From contig JAZULD010000080.1 in assembly GCA_045643625.1 (NCBI GenBank), positions 1-42,221 of the forward strand: 42,221 nt of DNA. The letters run 5' to 3'. A model generated the notes under the pieces. It was not told where the DNA came from. It saw only the letters and a list, made by a program, of their open reading frames with translations, and searched no databases. A program made the translations under genes and the position numbers. The stretch comes from Acetatifactor sp. (GTDB lineage Bacteria > Bacillota > Clostridia > Lachnospirales > Lachnospiraceae). Positions 7,671 through 15,828 of the stretch are shown one piece after another (positions within the stretch are counted from its first letter, which is position 1; the number at the start of each line of letters is the position of its first letter).

Positions 7671-10600
7671 TTATTTTTTCTCAAAAACGAATGCTTCCAG
7701 GTCGAAATCACTGCCGGGCAGGAAGATCACTTCCACCTTGCCGCTGCCGGCAAAGCCCTCAATGGGGAAGGTCTGCTCGGTGTACTCGCTGCCTTCGCCC
7801 TTAAACTCTGCGATGCAGTTCACCGTCTCCTCTCCCTCGGGAGTGAATCGTACATGGATGGTATTCATAGTAAGAGGGGTACGTCCCTTGATGGTAATGC
7901 TGTCGGGACCTTCCTCTCCGAAGTTCATATTCTCGTACACGAGGGTAACATTGTTGCCGATCTTCTCGACCGCATTGCCGTTACGCTCAAAGCTGTCGCC
8001 GTAGACGCTGTCAGCCTCGCCTGCGAACAGTCTGCCGTAGGCCTTCTCGGTGTACTTGAAGACAAAGCCCTTGATGTGTGCCTTGTTGGTCAGGACAAAA
8101 CCGATGGTCTGAATGCCCTTCAGTCTCACGGGCAGCTTCCAGGTCTCCTCCTGATAGGTGTTCCACTTACTGATCTTCTGATAGACCACTGTGGTGATCA
8201 GGCTGCTGCCCTCAGCGTAGGGCTTGCCCTGCCAGATCTCCATGGGATAGGCATCATTGGAAAGGGTAAAGATGGGCATGGTGATCTCATCGGAACCATA
8301 CTCACCGAAGTCGATATCCTCGTAGTAGGCACCGCTCTTCTCTGTTCTGGAGGTGGCGATACCCTTCTCGTTGCCGTTGGTGACCTCACCGATCAGTCCC
8401 GCGTGAAGTCCCGCGCTGATCAGCTCGTAGGGATTTAAAAATACCTGACCAAGGTCCTCCGCCCTGCACTCAAGCTGGGAGATGACAGTGATCCTGCCGC
8501 CTCCGCCCATGCAGCGCACTCTGAAGGAGCCGTCGCCCTTGGCCTTCACTCTCGCAACATGTCTGCAGCCGTTGCTTACGATCTCTTCCACCGATGCAAA
8601 GCCGACCTCGATGCCGGCGTCGTTCACGACCTTCCACACAACATCTGTTGCGGATGCATTCTCGGGAAGGATCTTCGCCTCAATGAGAAGCTCGGGAACA
8701 TCCTCTGTGATCACTGCGCCGCCCTCGGTGGCAAGTTCGATCTTGCGCACGGGAACAGGGTCGTTTGCGCCGCTCTCGCAAGGCATGCCGGAGAGATTCT
8801 CAAGGTAGTCATACTCTTCAGCATTCTCTGCGGGAAGTGCTTCGATCTCCACACTTGCGGGGATCAGTCCCTCACCGCTTACGGTGACGGTGATCTTACC
8901 TGCCTGCGCTGTGCTTCCGATCACTGCCAGCAGTTTGCCGGAGAAGAGCTTGCGTGTGCAGCCCTTATATGCGTCGTAATCGGTGCTGTCTCCGTTGTCC
9001 AGACCCAGTAATCTTCCGGGGCCTTCCACCTTCACAGTCACGTAGTCGGACGCGTTCTCAACAGGATTGCCCTGCTCATCCTTCGTCTCGATCGTCAGGA
9101 AAACAAGGTCTCTGTTATCTGCAATGATTTCCGGTCTGTCGACGGAAAGTGCCACCTCTCTGCTCTCGCCGAAGGAGGTTCGCACGTCTCTGCAGACCTC
9201 TTTTCCGCTCTCGTCATAGGCGATGGCGGTGATGGTACCGGGGGTATAAGGCACCTGCCAGTTGCCGGACAGTACCAGCCCCTTCTCGTGATCGATCTTC
9301 TGCACGCCCTGTGATACACCGTTTACCAGGAGCTCCACCATGGGGGCATTGGTGCATGCGCGCACGTCGATCAGCTGACCTTCGTTAAAGTCCCAGTAAG
9401 GGTAGAGATGCACCATGGGTGCCTTCTCGAAATCGGTCCATTCCGCCTGAAAAGCGTAGAATGAATCCTTGGGGAAGCCTGCGGTATCGATCTGACCAAA
9501 ATAGGAATTCTTGGTGTGATAGGGGGTAGGCTCTCCGATATAGTCGCAGCCGGTCCAGAGGAACTGACCGAAGGTAAAATCAGCATCTCTGTCGTCTGTA
9601 ATGTCCTTCTCAATACTCTTCGCACCCCAGCTGGTGGAGGAGTTGCCGAGGGAGGAGCACTGCTCGTCCTCGTCTGCCAGGATGGACTGTGACATGGGGA
9701 AGTGATAGATGCCGCGGCTCTGTACAACAGAGGCGGTCTCACTGCCGTAGATCACCCAGTCGGGATGTTCCTCCTGGTGAGGAGCGTAGTATTTTTCACC
9801 GTAGTTGTAGCCTGCGATCTTCACGATGTCTGCACATTTTCTTGCATTTTCCCAGGCCATATAGTTGGAGCCGATGGTGATGGGCGCATTGTTCTTGGGG
9901 TCGTGGGTGCGCACAAAACCGATCAGTCTTCTTGTGATCTCCTGACCGTACTCATCGGCGTGAGTATCGTAGATCTCGTTGCCGATGGACCAGAGGAACA
10001 GGGAAGGGTGATTGCGGTCCCTGCGGATCCAGCTCTCCACATCCTTCTCGGCCCAGTCCTTGAAGAAGCGGGCGTAGTCGTACTTGTTCTTCGGTCTCTC
10101 CCACATGTCGAAGGCCTCGTTCATCACGAGGAAACCCATTCTGTCAGCCAGCTCCATCAGCTCGGGAGCGGGCATATTGTGGGCGGTTCGGATCGCATTC
10201 ACTCCCATGGCGCGAAGAGTCTTAAACTTCCTTGCCATAGCGGCGTCATTCCACGCACTGCCGAGGCAGCCAAGGTCGTGATGCTCGCAAACGCCGTGGA
10301 TCTTAAGTTTCCGGCCGTTTAAGTAGAAGCCGTCTCCTGCCTTAAACTCCTTGGTGCAGAAACCCACGGTGATGCGCTGTGTATCGTAAATTGTATTATT
10401 GTCTTTGTCAGTTAAAGAAACGACCAGCTCGTAGCATGCGGGATCGTCGATCTCCCACAGCTTAACACTGTCCGTCTCTGTTTTAAGATGTGCCTTGCCG
10501 CACACATATCCGGGAAGGGGTCCGGCCTTCTCGCCGTCCGTAATGCCCGCAAAACCAAGCTCCTTCACCACTGCGCCGTCCTTAAGAAGGCTGTAGCGGC

Positions 10601-11201
10601 AGCCGAGAGAATCCTCTCTCACGCCTGCGATCTCGGTCTCAATGTCCATGGCAAAGCCCCCTGTCAGATCGTTTTGATCAAGAGGGGAAATGCTTACATA
10701 AGTGCCGTCAAGGGGCAGGAAGGACTTCTTTGTGACCTTCAGCCACACATTGCGGTAAATGCCTGCGCCGGAATACCAGCGGCTGTTGGGAGCCTGAAAA
10801 TCGACCTTCAGAAGAAGCTCGTTGTCTCCCTGCACAAGGTGCTCGGTAAGATCTGCGTCAAAGGTGGAATAACCGTACTTCCACTGCGCGATCTCCCTGC
10901 CGTTTAAGTACAGCGTGGAATTCATGTACACGCCGTCAAAACGGATCTGTACCCTCTCACCGCCTGCGATATCGGCTTTCAGTTCCTCTGCCTTTATCAC
11001 TCTGCGGTACCAGCCCACAGCGTCTGCATAGAAGCCGTGAGTGTCATAGATCAGCCAGTCGTGAGGGATCTCAACGGGCTGAAACTCCGAGGTCCTTGCT
11101 ACGACAGAATCGATCCCGGTTCCTGTATCTGTTTTTAAAAAGGTCCATCGATTGTTAAAAAGGGCCTTGGCAACGCCCTCTTCACTGTTATAAATACGCA
11201 A
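7671..11201 (-). CDS. GH2 glycoside hydrolase (beta-galactosidase-like) with C-terminal Ig-like and CBM6-like modules
   Basis: SRWYSGAGIYR, GVCEHHDLG, NAIRTAHN, RDRNHPS..WSIGNE (acid/base), YGSET (nucleophile), WTG.DY.GEP; start uncertain (TTG 11201 after AGGAG). Confidence 0.9.
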   Translation of the reverse strand: MRIYNSEEGVAKALFNNRWTFLKTDTGTGIDSVVARTSEFQPVEIPHDWLIYDTHGFYADAVGWYRRVIKAEELKADIAGGERVQIRFDGVYMNSTLYLNGREIAQWKYGYSTFDADLTEHLVQGDNELLLKVDFQAPNSRWYSGAGIYRNVWLKVTKKSFLPLDGTYVSISPLDQNDLTGGFAMDIETEIAGVREDSLGCRYSLLKDGAVVKELGFAGITDGEKAGPLPGYVCGKAHLKTETDSVKLWEIDDPACYELVVSLTDKDNNTIYDTQRITVGFCTKEFKAGDGFYLNGRKLKIHGVCEHHDLGCLGSAWNDAAMARKFKTLRAMGVNAIRTAHNMPAPELMELADRMGFLVMNEAFDMWERPKNKYDYARFFKDWAEKDVESWIRRDRNHPSLFLWSIGNEIYDTHADEYGQEITRRLIGFVRTHDPKNNAPITIGSNYMAWENARKCADIVKIAGYNYGEKYYAPHQEEHPDWVIYGSETASVVQSRGIYHFPMSQSILADEDEQCSSLGNSSTSWGAKSIEKDITDDRDADFTFGQFLWTGCDYIGEPTPYHTKNSYFGQIDTAGFPKDSFYAFQAEWTDFEKAPMVHLYPYWDFNEGQLIDVRACTNAPMVELLVNGVSQGVQKIDHEKGLVLSGNWQVPYTPGTITAIAYDESGKEVCRDVRTSFGESREVALSVDRPEIIADNRDLVFLTIETKDEQGNPVENASDYVTVKVEGPGRLLGLDNGDSTDYDAYKGCTRKLFSGKLLAVIGSTAQAGKITVTVSGEGLIPASVEIEALPAENAEEYDYLENLSGMPCESGANDPVPVRKIELATEGGAVITEDVPELLIEAKILPENASATDVVWKVVNDAGIEVGFASVEEIVSNGCRHVARVKAKGDGSFRVRCMGGGGRITVISQLECRAEDLGQVFLNPYELISAGLHAGLIGEVTNGNEKGIATSRTEKSGAYYEDIDFGEYGSDEITMPIFTLSNDAYPMEIWQGKPYAEGSSLITTVVYQKISKWNTYQEETWKLPVRLKGIQTIGFVLTNKAHIKGFVFKYTEKAYGRLFAGEADSVYGDSFERNGNAVEKIGNNVTLVYENMNFGEEGPDSITIKGRTPLTMNTIHVRFTPEGEETVNCIAEFKGEGSEYTEQTFPIEGFAGSGKVEVIFLPGSDFDLEAFVFEKK

Positions 11202-11231
11202 CCGCAATACTCCTCTGCGCACAATAACACA

Positions 11232-11257
11232 CTGCCGGCCGACTTCCCGACCGGCAG
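11232..11257 (-). other. Intergenic GC-rich hairpin between aguA and the GH2 gene (mRNA stabiliser or weak terminator)
   Basis: CTGCCGGTCGG-gaag-TCGGCCGGCAG, 11-bp stem with no strong U-tract. Confidence 0.6.
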
Positions 11258-11282
11258 CATATTTTGCTTTCTTTCGTAAAAA

Positions 11283-13277
11283 TTAGTAGATCTTTCTGCC
11301 CTTCTCGTCTGCGATGTTGGACTTGCGGAAGAAGTAGGAGTTCACCTGATCTCTCCACTCCTTAGCGTTGTGAAGCATCTCGTCGAAGCGGTCTCTTACT
11401 AACTTGTAGGTCTCGGGGCAGATCTTGCCGTCCAGAGTCTCCCAGTCAGCGATCATCTTCTCAACTTCCTCAACACCCTCGAAGTGAGAATCGTAGATAT
11501 GCTGGATCACGGTCTTGCCGCTCTTGAGCATATGGTTGTAAGGGGTGTGATGGAAGAACAGGATCAGCTCTTCGGGGCAGGTATTGATATCGTTGTACAT
11601 GGAAGCGTTGGGCTCATAGTACTGCTGAGCATAGCCGGTACCCTTGTCGGATCTGTCTACGCCGATCGCGAAGTGATCTGCTCTGTGGTAGGTACCCCAA
11701 CGGGAATACTCATAACCGTCAACGCTTACACCGTAGTGTACGTGAGGGGTGCACATCCAGCCTACACCGAGAGGAGCGGTATACTTCTCGTAGGTAGCTC
11801 TGGAGTTCAGCATAATGCCCTTAACGGTAGCGATGATCTCGGGATCGGTGGAAATGCTCATGCCGATCCACTCCTCTAAGATCTCCTCTGCGGAGAGAGC
11901 GGGAGTAAATGCGAGACGACCGAAGCCGTAGAAGTTAGCTGCTGCAAGGTCGGAACCGGTCCAGTTCTTGTCGTTACCGGTGTTGATAACTGCTGCGATA
12001 CCGGTGTACTTGTTGCCGTGGGTTCTGCCGGAGATGATATCCGCAACGGTATCGTTCTCTTCTGCGCAGTAGGTCTTGAAGTCCAGAACCTCCTTGTACA
12101 GAGGGATCAGGTAGCAAACGTCGATCTGGTGACCGGTGTACTCCTGAGCAACCTGTACCTCAAGCATCTGGTTGGTCTTCTTTAAGCCGCCAAGCAGGGG
12201 AGAAATAGGCTCTCTGATCTGGAAGTCCATGGGACCGTTCTTGATCTGAAGGATAACGTTCTCATGATAATCACCGTCCATCTCGATGAAGTTGTCGTAA
12301 CCTGCTCTTGCACGATCGGTCTTGTAATCTCTCCAGTCCTGGGTGCAGTTGTAAACGAAGCATCTCCAGATCAGGATACCGCCGTAAGGCTTGATGATGT
12401 CAGCCAGCATGTTAGCGCCGTCTGCCTGGGTTCTGCCGTAGGTGAAGGGACCGGGTCTTCCTTCGGAGTCAGCCTTTACAAGAAGGCCGCCCATGTTGGG
12501 AATTACACGGAATACCTCTTCCATCTTCTTCTCCCACCATGCGATAACTTCGGGATCCAGGGGATCTGCGCTGTTGGGGCCGCCCAGCTCGATGGGAGCT
12601 GCGAAGTTCAGGCTTAAGAAGAACTTGATGCCGTAGTCTGCAAAGATCTCTGCCATTGCTACGACCTTATCAAAATATCTGTCGGTGATCAGATAGGTAG
12701 CTGCGTCCTTAACGTTTACGTTGTTGATAACAACGCCGTTGATACCGATACTTGCAACCATACGTGCATAGTCAACGGTACGCTCGTCAACGATGACTTC
12801 GTTGTTCTCGAAGAAGAAAGAGTCACCTGAGTAACCTCTCTCGATGCTGCCGTCCATGTTGTCCCAGTGATTGTACATTCTTAAGGGGTTGTCGGGATTA
12901 ACAAGAACGCTTACGCCTGCTAAAGACTTCTCTAAAGAAACATTGCGCAGTACATGGAAAACGCCGTATAAGAGACCCTTGGAGTCCTTAGCTGCGATGG
13001 TGAGAACGCCGTTCTCCTCGCTGATGCAGTAGCCTTCCTCCTTGATAGAATCGCAATCGGACTTTACCAGTACGCAGGTTGCATCTGCGTCAACGATCTC
13101 GCATGCTGCACCGAGCATACCCTCTGTGCCCTTCTTCAGTTCTGCCAGAGCACTCTTAACCACTCTGCACTCTGTGCTGAATCCCTGCAGGGCAACCTTG
13201 CCGAAATATGCAGCATTACCGCAGTCTTTCTTGGGCTGATATTTCAGCCAGAGCTGTGTCCACTTTTCCTGTGCCAT
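11283..13277 (-). CDS. aguA: Alpha-glucuronidase, GH67
   Basis: LRM.NHWDN.DGSIERGY.G, VKADSEG.PGP, QIKNGPMDFQ.REP, QEYTG, PEELILFFHH; no signal peptide; GGAGG RBS. Confidence 0.95.
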   Translation of the reverse strand: MAQEKWTQLWLKYQPKKDCGNAAYFGKVALQGFSTECRVVKSALAELKKGTEGMLGAACEIVDADATCVLVKSDCDSIKEEGYCISEENGVLTIAAKDSKGLLYGVFHVLRNVSLEKSLAGVSVLVNPDNPLRMYNHWDNMDGSIERGYSGDSFFFENNEVIVDERTVDYARMVASIGINGVVINNVNVKDAATYLITDRYFDKVVAMAEIFADYGIKFFLSLNFAAPIELGGPNSADPLDPEVIAWWEKKMEEVFRVIPNMGGLLVKADSEGRPGPFTYGRTQADGANMLADIIKPYGGILIWRCFVYNCTQDWRDYKTDRARAGYDNFIEMDGDYHENVILQIKNGPMDFQIREPISPLLGGLKKTNQMLEVQVAQEYTGHQIDVCYLIPLYKEVLDFKTYCAEENDTVADIISGRTHGNKYTGIAAVINTGNDKNWTGSDLAAANFYGFGRLAFTPALSAEEILEEWIGMSISTDPEIIATVKGIMLNSRATYEKYTAPLGVGWMCTPHVHYGVSVDGYEYSRWGTYHRADHFAIGVDRSDKGTGYAQQYYEPNASMYNDINTCPEELILFFHHTPYNHMLKSGKTVIQHIYDSHFEGVEEVEKMIADWETLDGKICPETYKLVRDRFDEMLHNAKEWRDQVNSYFFRKSNIADEKGRKIY

Positions 13278-13390
13278 GTGATACCTCCATTATAAAAGTT
13301 GTTATTGTTCCGCCGCTTCCCCCACTGCGGAGCCAACAACCTCCCCTCACGGGCCGAAACAAGCGTGAAATCCATATTTTCCTGTATATC

Positions 13391-13418
13391 AGTATATCAT
13401 GACTCCCTGAAAATTCAA
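13391..13418 (-). promoter_or_regulatory. Putative sigma-A promoter of aguA
   Basis: Minus strand TTGAAT-N16-TATACT with extended TG. Confidence 0.5.
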
Positions 13419-13473
13419 TGGAGGTTTGCCCATCTTTACAAAAAATAACAGGTTTTTGCCAAAATAAGACATG

Positions 13474-13512
13474 AAAAAACAGCCGCTTCGCAACTCGTGC
13501 AAAACGGCTGTT
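13474..13512 (-). terminator. Rho-independent terminator after the GH3 gene
   Basis: Minus strand AACAGCCGTTTTGC-acgagtt-GCGAAGCGGCTGTT ending in a T6 run. Confidence 0.8.
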
Positions 13513-13569
13513 GATATTTGGTTAATTCTGTGTAAGATCCTGTCAGAAGATCGCCTGAAGCTCAGAGAG

Positions 13570-15720
13570 TTATGCTAACTTCTCGGGAACGGTAAGTTCG
13601 ATCTTGCAGGACTTCTTGCCGGTGAGCTTCTCGCTTCTTGCGTCGGGACCCTGGCCGCCGATGTATACTTCTACGCAGCCTTCCTCGATGCGAAGCTTGC
13701 CTTCCTCGTCAAAGAGACCGAATGCCTCCTTGGGAAGATGGATGCATACTTCCTTGCTCTCGCCTGCCTCCAGGTAGAGCTTGCGGATACCCTTGAGCTG
13801 TGCGTTGGGGGTATTCTCTCTGCAGACCTTAACATAGACCTGAACGGTCTCGCCGCCTGCAACCTTGCCGGTGTTCTTGACAACTGCCTTGACATCGATA
13901 CCGTCAGCACCGATCTTGTCGCTGCTTACAGCAACATCGCTGTAGGTGAAGTCGGTGTAGGAGAGGCCGTAACCGAAGGGATACAGAGCATCGCTCTTCA
14001 TGTAACGGTAGGTTCTGCCCTTCATGCTGTAATCGGTAAATGCGGGAAGTTCCTCGGTGGAACGATAGAAGGTCACGGGAAGCTTACCCTCGGGGTTCTT
14101 CTCACCGAAGAGGATATCAGCCATAGCCTTGCCGCCCAGTGCGCCGGGATACCAGCCCTGGATGATTGCGGGAACGTGCTCATCAGCCCAGTTCACTGCA
14201 AGTGCGCTGCCGGAAAGGAGGATCAGGATCACGGGCTTGCCGCTCTCGTAGATGGTCTCCAGTACGTGCTGCTGTAAGCCGGGAAGATCAAGACCGGGCT
14301 TATCGCCGCTTGCGAACTCGTTGCCCTCATCGCCCTCTTCACCTTCCAGACCGGAGTCCAGACCCATGACAGCGATGACAACATCACTTTCGGCACAAAC
14401 GCCCTTAACCTCGGAGATACGGTCATCTTCGATACCAAGGTTCTGGGACTTCATATGGCAGAGGTGGCAGCCCTCGGAGGTCAGTACGCGAACATCGTCG
14501 CCCAGGTAATCCTGGAGACCTTCCAGAATGGTCCAGTATCTGGAAGCAGTACCCTCGTAGTTACCTACCAGTGCTCTTCTGTTGTTGGCATTGGGACCGA
14601 TCACGCCGACGGTCTTTAATGCCTTCTTGTCTAAAGGAAGCATGTTGTTCTCATTCTTCAGAAGAACGATACACTTCTCTGCTGCCTTGCGGTTCAGCTC
14701 CTGCATGGGAGCGCTGTCTACTACGGAGAAAGGAATCTCATCGAAAGGATTCTTGCCCTTCTCATCGAATACGCCCAGCTTCATTCTGGTGGTGAACAGG
14801 TTTACCAGAGCCTCGTCAAGGCGGCTCTCTTCAACCATGCCCTGCTCAACTGCCTGCTTCAGATAGTGGAACAGGTTACCGCAGTTTAAGTCACAGCCGT
14901 TGTTCATAGCCATGGAAACGGACTCAACGGGAGTATCGGTCACATGATGACCCTCATGGAAATCCTTGATCGCCCAGCAGTCGCTGACAACGTGGCCCTT
15001 GAAGCCCCACTCATCGCGGAGAATGTCCTTAAGCAGAGTCTTGTTACCGCAGCAGGGAGCACCGTTGGTACGGTTGTAAGCGCCCATGACTGCCTCTACG
15101 CCTGCTTCCTGAACACATGCCTTGAAAGCGGGAAGATAAGTCTCAAAAAGATCCTGCTTGCTTGCGACAGCATCGAAGCTGTGACGGATATCTTCGGGAC
15201 CGCTGTGTACTGCGAAATGCTTGGCGCATGCTGCTGCCTTCAGATAGTTCTCGTCATGACCCTGAATACCCTGAACGAAACGAACGCCCAGACGGGAGGT
15301 CAGATAGGGATCCTCACCGAAGGTCTCATGTCCGCGGCCCCATCTGGGATCACGGAAAATATTAACGTTGGGAGACCAGAAGGTCAGTCCCTTGTAGATA
15401 TCGGTATCATCATATGCCTGCTGCATATTGAACTTTGCACGACCCTCTGTAGAGATCGCATCAGCGACTTCCTCGATGAAATCCTCATCAAAAGTTGCCG
15501 CAAGTCCGATGGACTGAGGGAAAACGGTTGCAACACCTGCTCTTGCGATGCCGTGAAGCGCCTCGTTCCACCAGTTGTACGCCTTGATGCCAAGACGCTC
15601 GATGGCGGGTGCCCAGTTCAGAGTCTGTTCAACCTTCTCCTCCAGAGTCATCTTTGCAACCAGCTCGGCTGCACGTGCTCTGTACTCTTCTGCTTTAGCC
15701 TGGTTCTTTACAATTTCCAT
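13570..15720 (-). CDS. GH3 beta-xylosidase (XylA/Bxl-like)
   Basis: WWNEALHG, WSPNVNIFRDPRWGRGHETFGEDP, KHFAVH, VVSDCW (nucleophile Asp), LEGEEGD, PFGYGLSY; start ATG 15720 after AAGGAG; no signal peptide. Confidence 0.92.
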   Translation of the reverse strand: MEIVKNQAKAEEYRARAAELVAKMTLEEKVEQTLNWAPAIERLGIKAYNWWNEALHGIARAGVATVFPQSIGLAATFDEDFIEEVADAISTEGRAKFNMQQAYDDTDIYKGLTFWSPNVNIFRDPRWGRGHETFGEDPYLTSRLGVRFVQGIQGHDENYLKAAACAKHFAVHSGPEDIRHSFDAVASKQDLFETYLPAFKACVQEAGVEAVMGAYNRTNGAPCCGNKTLLKDILRDEWGFKGHVVSDCWAIKDFHEGHHVTDTPVESVSMAMNNGCDLNCGNLFHYLKQAVEQGMVEESRLDEALVNLFTTRMKLGVFDEKGKNPFDEIPFSVVDSAPMQELNRKAAEKCIVLLKNENNMLPLDKKALKTVGVIGPNANNRRALVGNYEGTASRYWTILEGLQDYLGDDVRVLTSEGCHLCHMKSQNLGIEDDRISEVKGVCAESDVVIAVMGLDSGLEGEEGDEGNEFASGDKPGLDLPGLQQHVLETIYESGKPVILILLSGSALAVNWADEHVPAIIQGWYPGALGGKAMADILFGEKNPEGKLPVTFYRSTEELPAFTDYSMKGRTYRYMKSDALYPFGYGLSYTDFTYSDVAVSSDKIGADGIDVKAVVKNTGKVAGGETVQVYVKVCRENTPNAQLKGIRKLYLEAGESKEVCIHLPKEAFGLFDEEGKLRIEEGCVEVYIGGQGPDARSEKLTGKKSCKIELTVPEKLA

Positions 15721-15792
15721 GTTGTCTCCTTCCGAGATAATCATAATATATATTCTGCTATATTTTACTACAAAGTGATTTTATTCACATTG

Positions 15793-15826
15793 CAAAAATT
15801 GCTATACGATACCCAAATATTGCTTT
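15793..15826. promoter_or_regulatory. Direct repeat CAAAwATTGCTwT with 21-bp period upstream of the GH3 gene; candidate activator site
   Basis: caaaaattgctat at 15793 and caaatattgcttt at 15814; TAAAAT -10 at 15762-15767 (minus) with a poor -35. Confidence 0.45.
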
Positions 15827-15828
15827 TA

